Below, in pieces: positions 34,079 to 46,270 of a stretch of DNA of 64,000 nt. The notes under the pieces were generated by a model. It was not told the origin of the DNA. It was given only the letters and a program-made list of their open reading frames with translations, and searched no databases. Position numbers and translations under genes: made by a program. Position 1 is the first letter of the stretch. Every line of letters begins with the position of its first letter. Origin of the DNA: the human T2T-CHM13v2.0 reference genome, Homo sapiens; assembly GCF_009914755.1 (NCBI RefSeq), contig NC_060941.1. The stretch is one strand, 5' to 3'.

Positions 34079-36366
34079 TCATATCAAATGAGCCCTGCCC
34101 CTCTCCACACTGCTGTACCTCTGAGGCAACATTGTTGCTGAAGGTTCTGGTCCCTGTGGGATGTAGAAGAAGAGAAGCACTGGGGGATCCAGCCTGCCAG
34201 GGAGGAGGGAGGACTGGGGGACTGCACTTGTGGACCCTGCAGGCTGGCACAGAGACTGTGGGTGGTACTATCCCTTCCTTATTCAGGAACTCTGCTTGTG
34301 AATCTTCCTGCAGTGTTCAAGGTGTGTTGATAAGATAGCATTGGGTTTAGCAATCTAGCCACCATGACTTTGGCTAGTAGGAGTTTACTCCTGAGAGCCA
34401 GATTAGCATCTCTGAGGACAGACAGTCCCTGATCTTGCAAAGCCCAACACCAGACCCTAGGCCTGGCCAAGCAACAGCTATTTGAAGGCCCAGCATGGGT
34501 GGCTACCGCCGCCACCACCTTCTTGTTCTCACTTCCTCAGCACTGAAAGAGAACCTGAGGGAAACCAACTGGAGAGAATGGAGCCTGGCTTCCACAGCCA
34601 GGGCCCTGCTACACCACAGCCCGGGAGAGTGCGGCTCAGGGCGAGGGGCAGGCTTGCTGGCTGACACTCTTCTCTGTCTCCAGTCTCTTTAGCTCAAGAC
34701 AGACTCCGTCTGAAGGGACAAAGGGCCCCATTGACCTCATAGCCTTGTGACCCCACCCAAGTCTGTCCCTCCCTCCCCAGGCAGCCAGCAGGGTCCTTGA
34801 GTAGCAGACAGGAGCCACAAGGCCGCTGGGAGGGCACTGGCGGGGAAGCCAAGAGAGGCGGCAGCCAGCTGGTCAGGGAAAACTGGGAGTGCGTGGGCAG
34901 TGCCCACCAGATTGCCACCAGGGGAGGCCAAGGATGAGGGCTCCGGGTACTCCTGGCTGTAGTCCCAGGAGCAAAGCAGCAAATACCCTGCAGGGCCACA
35001 GCATGGGAGGCTGGGGGAGTCCAACTTCAGCCCCAAAATGGGCTGCCCGGAGCTCAGGGCCTCCCTGGCCCACATTCCTGTCTCCCTGCCCCCAACATGC
35101 CCCCCACACCCAGCCTATAAAGCCCCCTTTGTCTGAGCCACTGAGGATCTTAACTCTCCCCATCTCAGCTTCCCACCCCCTCTCCCTCATCCTCTGGTGC
35201 CTAACAAAGAGGCCAGGGCTCAGTGAGAAGTGGTGAAGCCACCTTCATGCCAGCCTGGGCATTGGCCCAGGGGGTGTGGGCAGCCAGTGCCTGTAAACCA
35301 ATGCCTCCACCCCACCGCCCACCTCGGGGCAGGTTAATTTCCACCCTTGTCCACTGGGGATTGCGTACCCCTGCCCAGGGCAGCGTGCCCACCTCTCACA
35401 TGACCATTTATGTGATGCCCCTCTCAGTTTGTCCTGCCCTGTCAGATGCAGAACAGAGGGCAGTGGGTGGTCAGGAGCCACACCTGATGGAGGGTGTCAG
35501 AGAGCGAAGGTGTCTTTTTGCCATCTCCTTGGTCTTCACCAGAGTGGGCGGCCCCGCTGCCCACACATTATGTTCTCCAGTAGTATCTGGGGGTTCAGAT
35601 CCCCCTTCTCTGGGAGTGGATAAACAGATCAGCCCCCTCCTCCTGCTTGGCAAGTGCCAGGAACATGGCTCACTGGGTGGGCAACAGGAATCCCCATCTC
35701 TTTTTCCCACACCCAGCCAAGGGCCTCAGAACACCTTCAACTATAGGCTGGACGTCGGCAACAGCTCCCTGTTCCCACAGCGATCTCGAGGTGGGGGTGG
35801 CACAGTGTCTCCCTGAGTCCCAGTGCTCTGGGTGTCTCTGGCCTGCTGTCAGTCACCCCCTGCAGCGGGTCGTCAGCTTGGGAGGCAGTTGGTCTGGGAT
35901 CAACTGGGATCAGCTCTGTTGCCAAGGTGCGGTGAGACCGCTGGCAAGCCACTCTCTGGCCCCTGTAGCATGAGAGTAGGGTCCTTCCGACTCCGATGAG
36001 CCTCAGGAATGAGGAAAGCGGCTTCGCTTGCAGGGGTCTCCTCTCCCCTAGCAGCGCCCCCAGGACGGGCAGAACAGGGGGTGCCGGAGCGGGCTAGCCA
36101 GGGATGTGCGAGGGTCGGGTGCGCGTTGTGTGTGTGTTCGAGTGTGTGTGCCCCCACGTGCGTGCGTGCGATTGTGCGGTTGCCTGTGAGCGCGTGTGCT
36201 CGCCGGTGCGCGGTGCTGCCACGGGCCGGGCGGGGTGAGGAGGGGAGGGGGCGGGCGGAGGGGCGGGGCCGGCGGGGCGGGGCGGTGCGGGGAGGGGGCT
36301 CGAGCGCTGACACCAGCCGCTACTTGCGCTTGGCGGTCGCCGGGTGCAGCTGCCCGGACAGGGCGC

Positions 36367-36423
36367 ATGGAGGGGCCGCCTCCCCCTGCGCCCCCCGGGG
36401 CCGGCGCGGCGAGGACGGCATAG
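36367..36423 (+). other. uORF MEGPPPPAPPGAGAARTA* in the upstream first exon
   Basis: ATG 36367, TAG 36421-36423, 11 nt before the main ATG. Confidence 0.55.
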
Positions 36424-36434
36424 CAGGGCCCAGC

Positions 36435-36443
36435 ATGGAGCAG
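36435..36443 (+). CDS. ARHGAP23: ARHGAP23 alternative first exon, coding part (MEQ)
   Basis: Strong Kozak agcATGG; near-consensus donor CAG|gtgagc; phase 0, same as the 45589 donor. Confidence 0.65.
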
Positions 36444-36622
36444 GTGAGCGGGCGCCGGGCGTGGGTGCGCGGCCGAGAGGGGAGAGAGAGCTGCGGGCGT
36501 TGTGACCCGGCGAGGTGGGCGCGCCGAGCGCCGAGGGCCGCCACCGAGGGAGGGGTTGGGGCATTGGAGCTCCGGGCGGAGCGGGGGCTCTGGGGGAGGG
36601 ATGGGACTGATGTGACACAGAG

Positions 36623-36624
<2 letters not shown>

Positions 36625-36655
<31 letters not shown>
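36625..36655. repeat. (CA)15 microsatellite
   Basis: Direct reading. Confidence 0.97.
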
Positions 36656-36658
<3 letters not shown>

Positions 36659-37879
36659 TACTCCCTTATCACTGACACCTAGGAAGGCGTGTGCAGAGGG
36701 CACCTCTCTCCCCACCCCCTTTCCAGAAAGAGATCACCCACACGGAGAAACCCCCATCCCCACTTGGTAAGGGTACAGCCCCTGCTCCCTGAACCCAGGC
36801 CCAAGGAGGCTACAGACTCTGCAGAATGAAGGAGTGGGTGGGCTCTGTGCCATATGACTACTGGTTCGTTGACCCCCAGTCCCTCCTGGTGGGACCTCAA
36901 GATACGCCGGTCCCCTCCCCCTACACATCAAGGGGTTTCTTCCAGCCCGGCTCCCCTCCTTTCCCAGTCACAGCAGCTGCAGCAGCTGCTGCCACCATTT
37001 CATGTCAGTGAAAAGATGGGGTGGGCTAAGAGGCTTTCTCCAAATGCACCCCAAAGGCAGAGCTGCAGCCCCAGCCAGGTTTTGGGAGGGGGGTGCTGCC
37101 TTCCTTTCACACAGGCTCCATCAGAATACACTGAGTGTGGGCTGGGCTCAGTGGGCGGGGATGAAGACCCCCTCTGGTCAGAGTTCTCATTCCCTGCACG
37201 GAGCTCAGCAAATCCCAGACAGGCTGGACCAGTCCCCTTCAGTGAGCAAGGGGCTGTATCCTGACTTGCAGCCCCCTGATCTAAGAGAAGCCAGCAGCCT
37301 GATGGGGGGCAGAGCGAGGGGGCTGCTCCAGGGGTTGCCTTACTCCCTTCCCAACCCCCACTTGGGGTGAGGTCTCAGGTGGGGTCTGGAGAGGCGGGAT
37401 AGGTTTTCTATTTGGGACACACCTTTCAGTGCTCAGCCGCCCTAACTCCCTTCTTTTCCTGGCCCAAGTTCTTTGGGGCTGTTCTGCCTAAAGCAGTGGC
37501 TGGGGGCCCTGGCTCTGAGACCCTCCCCTCCAGGCTGAGCACAGGCCCCCTATCACTCTGGCAGAGGGCTTGTGGGTGGCCTGTGATGGTGGTGAGGAGA
37601 GGGGTGAGGAGGAGTGGAGGGTGAGGAGTCGGGGGAGGTGGAGTCCGTGGAAGGGGTGACCCTAAGTTCTGGGGGGTTGGAGAGGGGCACTGGGAGGCAT
37701 AAAGTGCTCTGGGCATCCTCCCTGGGCTGGGTGTGAGTCTGGGGCGGGGCTGTGGCTGGTCCAGTTTCCAGGCCTGTTTGGCATCTTGGGCATTAATTTA
37801 AATGGCCAATGGCAGCTCCCCAGAGCAGCAGGCCTGGCTGCTATTGTCATTACTGACTGAACACAAAAATAGTGGTAGG

Positions 37880-37975
37880 GCGGGGAGGGAGGGAAGAGTA
37901 GTAAATGCCACTGAATTGCTCACTGTAAAATGGCTAATTTTACGTTACGTGAATTTCACCTGGATTTTTTTTTAA
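37880..37975 (+). mobile_element. L1M 3'-end fragment
   Basis: aatgccactgaattgctcactgtaaaatggctaattttacgttacgtgaatttcacct. Confidence 0.7.
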
Positions 37976-39174
37976 AAGAGGGGCAGGGCTAGGGGCCACT
38001 ACTGCTTCCTGTCTAGAGAATCCTAAATGCATCTCACTGGGCCTGCAGCTCAGCCTGAGTTGTTCCTCCAAGTAGCCCATCTGCCCATCATTGGCCTTCA
38101 TCAGCCCTCCGTAACTGTTCTGGGGATCAGCCGCTTCCCCTTTCCCAGAGGACAGACCACAGCCTGCTCCCCTGTACCCTCCCCTGGGAGGAGAAACATC
38201 AAGGGGAGTCAGGACATTGGGCTTCTGCCCTTGGCTCCATTACAGAATCATTGGGAAGCCTTGGACATTCATCCTGTCTGGGCTGCTGTGAAATCTCTGC
38301 CAGCTATGCCAAGTGGTGGCTTCTTGGTCCTTTCTGGATGTCCTAGGACACCTCTGCCAAGCACAGCAGCTCAGCCTGTCCCCTGGACTGTGAGGTCCCT
38401 CCCCACAGACATGGACTCTGATGATCGGCACACTCTCCGAGGTGCCTAGGCTGATGTGGTTAACGCCCGGCTTTCTGGATGCACCGGAAGCGTGGTGTGT
38501 ATGGAGTGCGTCTGAAATCAGAGCTTCTTTCATTGCACCAGGGGAAGCTCCTATTTTAAGTTTCCCATGTGCTGAGCCCTCTTGTAAAGCAAAGAATCCT
38601 TTTATAGTGCGTGAGCCGCCGATGTGTCTGTTTGGTATGTGTGGATTTTGGCATGGAGGGCTTCCTTAAAGGGGAGCATGCCTGGAATCTCTCACGGGGG
38701 CTGGAACTGCTGGGTGGGGTGAGTGCCAGGACTGAGGGGCTTGCCCCACTGTGGTCAGTCCCGCCCCTCTTTTCTCCTCATCTGACTCCCAACACTCCCA
38801 CCCAGGGCTGGCTCAGGGCCAGACAGAGGAGAGGGGAGCAGCTGCAGGGGGATTTCCAGAGCTTCGACGGGGAGGTGGGAGCCTCCTCTCTAATCCCTTC
38901 CCCTTTGCTTCCTCTCTCTTCCCTTCCTCTATGTTCCCCTTCTTTCCTCTTTGCTCCTCTCCTTCTTCCCTTCCAGAAGGGCAAAATGGAGACAGGGAGG
39001 AGGATGGGTCCCATGTGCAGTGATGTGTGGGGACCAGGTGGGGCTGGGCAGGGGCTGGGAGCCTGGAACAGAAGCAGGAAGAATTGAAAAGCCCTATGTA
39101 GAACTGTAGAATTTAGCATCCTGAGCTGGAATGAACTCCCTGGCCTGACCCCTCCCAGAGGGATCATTCGATAG

Positions 39175-39370
39175 AAAGAGCAACATCAGACTTCGGCTAG
39201 AATCCTGAATCCTAGCTGGGAGATCTTGGACAAGCTACTTAGCCTCTCTGTGTCTGTTTCCTCATTTACATAGCGGGGCTAATAATACCCACCTTACAGT
39301 GTTGTCATGGGGACTAAATGAAATAATGTTTATAAAGAGCTTGGCACATAGTGGGTGCTCAACGTATTTT
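39175..39370. mobile_element. MIR
   Basis: tcttggacaagctacttagcctctctgtgtctgtttcctcattt...ttggcacatagt. Confidence 0.85.
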
Positions 39371-40237
39371 AATTCCTTTCCTCTCCGTCTTGGTGTTTGC
39401 AAGCCCCTGCTGAGTGACGGCATGGTTTTTGTAAGGCATCTTTGAGCCTCGCGCACACTCACTCATACACAGGGTCCGTGCCACCGGCCTTCCCTGACAG
39501 GGTGTCACACAGTGAAAAGCCTGCTGGGCTGGGTTTCCCAAACGTAGTTTCCCTAAAGATGGCCAGTTCAGAGTGGCAGGGGTGGATTTTCTGTCGGCCA
39601 CCTCCTGACCTGACATGGGGCCTCGCTGGGTGTGGCTTGCTTACCCTGCTGCCAGCTTACCCTGCTGCCAGCTCAGACAAGATGCAGCCTCTCGCTCCCG
39701 CCGTAGCCAGCTGTCCAGAGGTTTTCTGCGTAGGCCCCAGCTGCTTGGCAGATTACCAGAGCTCTTTGGCCCCAGCCTGGCCATGGGTCTTCAGCCTCCC
39801 TCCCCAAGGGGTGTTCAGGTGGGATTCTTCTCACAGGATTCCTGGGAGACCTGACACCAGGGATGAGTGGGAACTGGCATCATCTTGAGTGGACCATTGC
39901 CCCACCCTCCATCATTAAATATGGTCAGTGAGGTTCACTCTATGGGATGTCTGGGGCTGTGGCCAGCGCCTGTGCCCCACCCTCTCCCTCCTTTCTCTGA
40001 CGTTTGCTAGTAGAGGGCTTTGAGGTCTAGGACAAACCCTGCCTGCCTCCCAAGACCCCTTCTTCCTCCCCTAGTCACTGGAGGCTCCTTCTTGTTTTGC
40101 TCAACACTGTGCTTGCACCACAATCTCAGCACCATCCCAGGCACCCTTTGCTGTGTTTGTTGCCCTCCGTGGAATATGGGGACGGTTCCCTCCCTACCAC
40201 CCAACACAGCAGTTTGCATGTACTAGGTGCTCAATAA

Positions 40238-40727
<490 letters not shown>

Positions 40728-41739
40728 TGACTTGATTAAATGGGGCCCCTCTCGCTTTGGAGATACAAACTGTGGTGGGGGTGTTGCCTGTGGGGGACAA
40801 GTAGAGGACCTGGGGGCTGAAGCCATAAAAGTGCAAGAACCGCTGTCCCCTTTAGTCCTGCCCTGCCATCCTTCTCCACCAGGGGATGCTCTTTCTCCTT
40901 TGGTGGAAGGGCCTGAGCTGGGGCCAGGTGTAGGTGCCCGTGCCCCATAACCCACCTTTCATACATTATGGTTTTTCCTTTTCAGCTCACAGAGTTTTTC
41001 AGATTCTTTGTCAAATGTGAGCCTCAAATCAGAGGCAGGCCGAGAAGGCCTTATCGTTTTCACCTTACAGAGGGTGAAACTGAGGTTCTGAGAATATACT
41101 TGTTCTCAAAAGTCATACAGCTACTGGGGGCTGGGGCGCAGGGAGGGTGCAGCACGAATTTGAACCCAGGTCTTCAGATTCTTGATTCAGGGCTCCTTTG
41201 AGGACATCATAAACCTGGGTTCCTCCTCTGGAGCCCCACCCTCCAGATACTTTTCCTCCAGTCCGCTCATCACGCCCTCCTTGCGTCCCCTCCGGCTGTC
41301 TCTCCTTGGCACCTGCTCCTCAACCCAACAGCCTGCTGAAGTCTTCCCCACCCAAACAGACACCTGCCTTGTCCACACCCACCTGTGCTGCCTGCCTGTC
41401 GCCTGTCCCTTCCTGTTAATGCTCAGTGGGCAGATTCGACTCCCTCCTCCCTGGGGCCCCTCCTCCCTGCACAGTCTGACCCCCACACCCACTGGCCCCC
41501 GAGGCTGTTGTCTCTGCCCCACACAGTGCCACCTTCTCTGGCTGCCTGCTTCCTCCCAGTCCTTGTTGCCTCCTCCTTCTCTGCCTACCCCCAAGCCAGG
41601 GTTCCTCTCACTCTTCACTCTCCCTGGAGAATCTGAACCACACCCCTGGTCTCAGGGACTACCAGAGTCTCTAGCTCAAGCCTCTCTTTCAGAAGATGGA
41701 CCCACGGTTTAAGCAGCCTGTCACCATTCCACCAGCCTC

Positions 41740-41895
41740 ACAGCCTGCGGGTTAAGTGTATAGACCCTGGAGCCCAAATGCCTGGGTTCAAATCCTGTGT
41801 GGCCTTGGGTAAGATACTTGAGTTCTCTGGGCCTCATTTTCCTTATCCATAGAATGAGGATTGAGATCTATTTCACAGGCCTTTGTGAGGCTTAA
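41740..41895. mobile_element. MIR
   Basis: cctgggttcaaatcc...ccttgggtaagatactt...gcctcattttccttatc. Confidence 0.8.
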
Positions 41896-43301
41896 CTGGG
41901 ATCTCACATACAAAGGACTTCGTGCCTGGCTTGTCCCCTCTCTCTGTGAACACCCTAGACAACCTGATATTCCAGGCCTTGGCCTTGCCCTGCACTCTTC
42001 CATTTCCTTCCTCCTGCTCACCAAATCCCAGAGCCTCTGTTGTTTGTTGCCCCTGCCCCTTGCTTTGGTACCTTTCTCCTAGAATCACTTTGCTTGCCGC
42101 CCTCCATTCCTGTTCCCGTTATGTGCCACGGTGGCCATGGCACATCGCTGCTTCAGCTCCCTGCCCCAAACCAGGCTAGCACGGAAGCGCCTCTGGGCAG
42201 CCCCTCCAGCGTCACACCCCCGCCTGTGTTTCCTTCCTCATCCCTCCATGCTTCCTGCCCATAGGCACCCTCCACTTGGCTCCAGCCACGATGCCGATGC
42301 CGGAGCCTGCTCTCTCTCCTGCCTCCCTGGTTCGCCCTGAGCATCACTCTCCCTGGAGTGCCTTTTTCCCTATTCCCACTCTCCCCTGCCCCATCCAGGA
42401 AGCCCAAGAAGCTCAAGGCACCTCCTGGGGAAGCCTCCTCTGCTTCTCCAGCCGAATGTGCTCCTGTGCTGGGAGTTCTTTATAGAGTCACAACTGGAGG
42501 AGACCCAGGCCCCTCAAGGGAAGGATCTAGGCCTCACCTCTGTATTCCCAGGGCCAACCTACCCCACCCCCTCCTCTCCTCTACCCCCTCACATAGTAGA
42601 CCTTGTGAATGAAGGATGGTGATTGGGCTGGGGAAGGAGTTTGGAAAGAGGGGGAGTATGAGGAGGGTCCTCAACCAGGGAGACTCTCCCCATGTTGGGC
42701 TCTATGGCTCCAAACCCCAAAAAAATAGGGTACAGGAATACAGTGGGTGCTGGGGCGGATGGCAGGATGCATGGAGTGAGACCCAGAGTGTCGAGAGAGG
42801 AAGGGGAGCCCGGATGGAGAGGAAGGTGAGGAGGAAGAGCAGCTAAAGAAGATAGATGAGGTGGGCTGGGACAGGGTGGGGGTGCAGGTCAAGGTGCAGG
42901 AAGAGGTGGGAAGGGCGGCAGGGTGGGGAGAGAGCCGCACTTTCTGGGAAGTGGGAGCGGGTGGGGGAGGCTGTGCAGTGCATTGTGGAGGGAGGAATTC
43001 GCCTGCCGGTCAGTGTGAGCTCATTTCCTCTCACCCCCTCCTGCGGGGTCTGAGGGCATCAGGCTCTGGAAAAAGTGAGCCAGGGGCACCCCATGGCCAC
43101 CACCCTCCCTCCTCCCCCATGGCCTCAGTTCAGTCTGATTTCAGATGCCAACCTTTCTCCCTCACAGAGACAACCCTTTATCCTGGGAGGAAAGGACCTC
43201 TGAGCCAAGGTGGCAACAAGCATTGGACCACTGGAGCTACAGGGCAGAAAGAGACAGGAACAGGGACCTGGTGGAAAGTTAAGCAAGAAAATCCAAGCAG
43301 T

Positions 43302-43795
<494 letters not shown>

Positions 43796-44221
43796 TTAAA
43801 TAAAGCATATGAGCTAAACCCCAGTCAGTATCTCATTCCTCAGGTTCACAGGAGTAGGGATGGCCTAATTGTTGTCTGGGGCACCCCAACCCCTCTAAGA
43901 CCTGAGTTCCCAACCCTGATCAAGGTTAAAGGGGTGGAGGTCTTGGGGCTGCTCGGCTCTCAGGGGTCTCCTTGCCCAAGGAAGGTGGTGACTCCAGCAG
44001 GCAGAGCTGGCCTTCCCGCTTTCACTGCCTCCTCTCTCCAAGTCCTATTTTATCCTCCGCCTTCTTTTCTACATAATCTGGGAAAAGGAATATGGAAGCC
44101 CCTTAAACTGAAAAAGTCATGGGAAAGAGGTAAGCATAAGCTGGAGGAAGTAAGAAGCAGGAAGAATGGGAGTTAGATAGTAGAAAGAATTTTCTAGCTA
44201 TTTTCTAATAATGAAGGACAA

Positions 44222-44515
44222 GGCCAGGCATGGTGGCTCACGCCTATAATCCCAGCACTTTGGGAGGCTGAGGCAGGCGAATATCACTTGAGGTCAGGAG
44301 TTTGAGACCAGCCTGGCCATCCTGGTGAAACCTCATCTCTACCAAAGTACAAAAGTTAGGTGGGCGGTGTGGCATGGGCCTGTAGTCCCAGCTACCTGGG
44401 GAGGCTGAGGTGGGAGGATCACTTGAACCTGGGGGCAGAGGTTTCAGTGAGCCTAGATTGTGCCACTGTACTCCAGCATGGGTGACAGAGTGAGACCCTG
44501 CCGAAAAAAAAAAAA
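44222..44515 (+). mobile_element. Alu
   Basis: Sense Alu consensus with A-tail. Confidence 0.9.
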
Positions 44516-45199
44516 GGAAAAGAAAGACAGAAGGACTGTCCCTCCCTGGACTGTCAGGGGATGGGCTGGAGGGGGTCCTTCTGGGGGACAAGGAAAGAAG
44601 CTGGCTCAGGACCAGGGCATCTCTTTAGGCCCAGCTCAGAGTGAAGCCAGGAAGGGTGGCTGTGGGGTGCTGGTGATTGGGAGCCTCTGCTGTCACTGCT
44701 GTTCACTGCAGAGCAGGACTGTGGGCTGGCCCCATGGCCTGAGCCCCAGGACTGGCTGGGTGGGGGTCCGAAGGGCTGGGGCACCTGCCAGCCTCTCTTC
44801 TATGCTCGACTCCCCCTCCTCTCTGGGATCCTGGGCTGAGACTCTGGCTGGGAGGGGCTTACCCTACACTGAGGGGCACCCCGTCTCCCCACCCCCTGCA
44901 CTAAATCTTCCCTTGTGTCTCAATGTCTAGGGGTCTCTAAAGGGAAGGGGGCCTCTAAGCCTTTTTCTGTCTTCCCCCCTTTCTGATCCTGGGTCTCCTC
45001 ATCTTTGTTTCTGACTTTCTCTGCCTCTCTCTGCGCTGTCTCTATCTTGTCTCTGCCTTTCTCATGCTTTCTGGGTCTCTGGATCTCTGTTTCTGACCAT
45101 CTCTGGCTGGCTGTTTCTCTTTGCTTCCCTCTCCCTCCCTCCCTATCCCCGTGCTAGTTCTGGGTTCGGTGCCCTTGTCCTCTTTCCTGGGCCTGGATG

Positions 45200-46270
45200 G
45201 CCCTCTATCTGGGCCGGTCCCTTAGAGGCCGGGCAAGCGTCTCCTGGAGACCGCCTCTCTTCGCCAGGCTGGGCTCTGACGTCCAGCTCTCAGGCAGCGC
45301 TCGCCTCTGCCTCAGCCCGGTTGCAGGTCTGTGGCCCTTGAGCGAGGCCGCCGGGGCACCCAGAAGGGAGCGCGGGGTGGGTGGTGGGAAGGGGGAGGGG
45401 CGAGGGGGCGGACCCCGGGGGGGGCCCCCCCACACCGCGCTCGGCCCCGCCCCCGGCCCCGCCCCTCCCGGGTCCCTGCCGGCGCCCCCAGCCGTGCCCC
45501 GGCCGCAGAGCCGCCGCTGCCACCCGATGAATGGAGTCGCCTTCTGCCTGGTCGGGATCCCGCCCCGCCCGGAGCCCCGGCCCCCACAGGTGAGGGTGCT
45601 GGGCCAGGGAAGTGGGCGGGGCCGGTAGCTGCTGGGGAGCGGGCTGCCAAGCCAGGGTCGCTGCGACCCCGCTCGCCCTGCACAGCCTGGGGCGCACGGT
45701 GGGCGCGGGCACCGCGGGCACCGCTGCGGGGAGATTCAGCTGGTGGCAGGCCCGGGAGGGGGCCCGAGCAAGAGCTGTCCGGGGTAGAGGGGTGGGAAGG
45801 ACGGAAGCAGGCAAGGGGTCGGGACGGGCACGGGGCTGTCAGGACAGGGGGCACAGACCCAGGTGGCGGTGCCAGGCCCCCAGCGGCTGGGCAGCGGGGG
45901 CGGGAGGCCCGCGGCTTTTGTTCGGGTTTTTCAGGCGGGGCGCCTGCCGCCGTTTCCTCTGCCCGAGTTTTCGTTTTCCGTTGGCGAGGCCCCGGCACAG
46001 CTGGAGGGAGAGGGGGTGGGGGAGGGGGTTCCCGGAGCGGGACGTCCTCCACTAAGGCGTCCGGACACCCCCTCCCCGCGCCACACTCGCCCCCTGCCGG
46101 GTCGGACTGCGGGACGGGTTGCCAGGCGCGGTTCCGCCGCCCTCCTGGATCCTGGGGAAGTTCTAGACACAGGCCCAGGACCCCGGGCTCTGCCGGCGAG
46201 GCTGCCCTCCCCTCTGCCCTCTCCGACCGGCTGTGGGTGGGTCAGAGCGCGGGGTGCCAGGGGCATTACT
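45200..46270 (+). promoter_or_regulatory. ARHGAP23: CpG island / main promoter of ARHGAP23
   Basis: CpG-dense; GC boxes ggggcgg and ccccgcccc immediately upstream of the coding exon. Confidence 0.9.
45527..45589 (+). CDS. ARHGAP23: Rho GTPase-activating protein 23, first coding exon
   Basis: [21 protein letters not shown] recognised as the ARHGAP23 N-terminus; donor CAG|gtgagg, phase 0. Confidence 0.93.

Larger units (their letters stand above)
35990..36600 (+). promoter_or_regulatory. ARHGAP23: CpG island / upstream promoter of ARHGAP23
   Basis: Very CpG-dense; multiple GGGGCGGGG GC boxes at 36247-36283; E-box CACGTG 36155-36160. Confidence 0.85.

Noticed and set aside
34912-34930. CTCF-like gccaccaggggaggc
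   Set aside because: Misses the GGC register of the core; weak match in GC-rich DNA
36009-36770. 253-aa ORF in frame with MEQ, and overlapping long ORFs
   Set aside because: Expected in stop-poor CpG-island DNA; the ATG lies upstream of the GC boxes and so probably upstream of the TSS
39682-39818. Possible third first exon (MQPLAPAV..., CAG|gtggga)
   Set aside because: Phase 2, incompatible with the phase-0 junction; no CpG island
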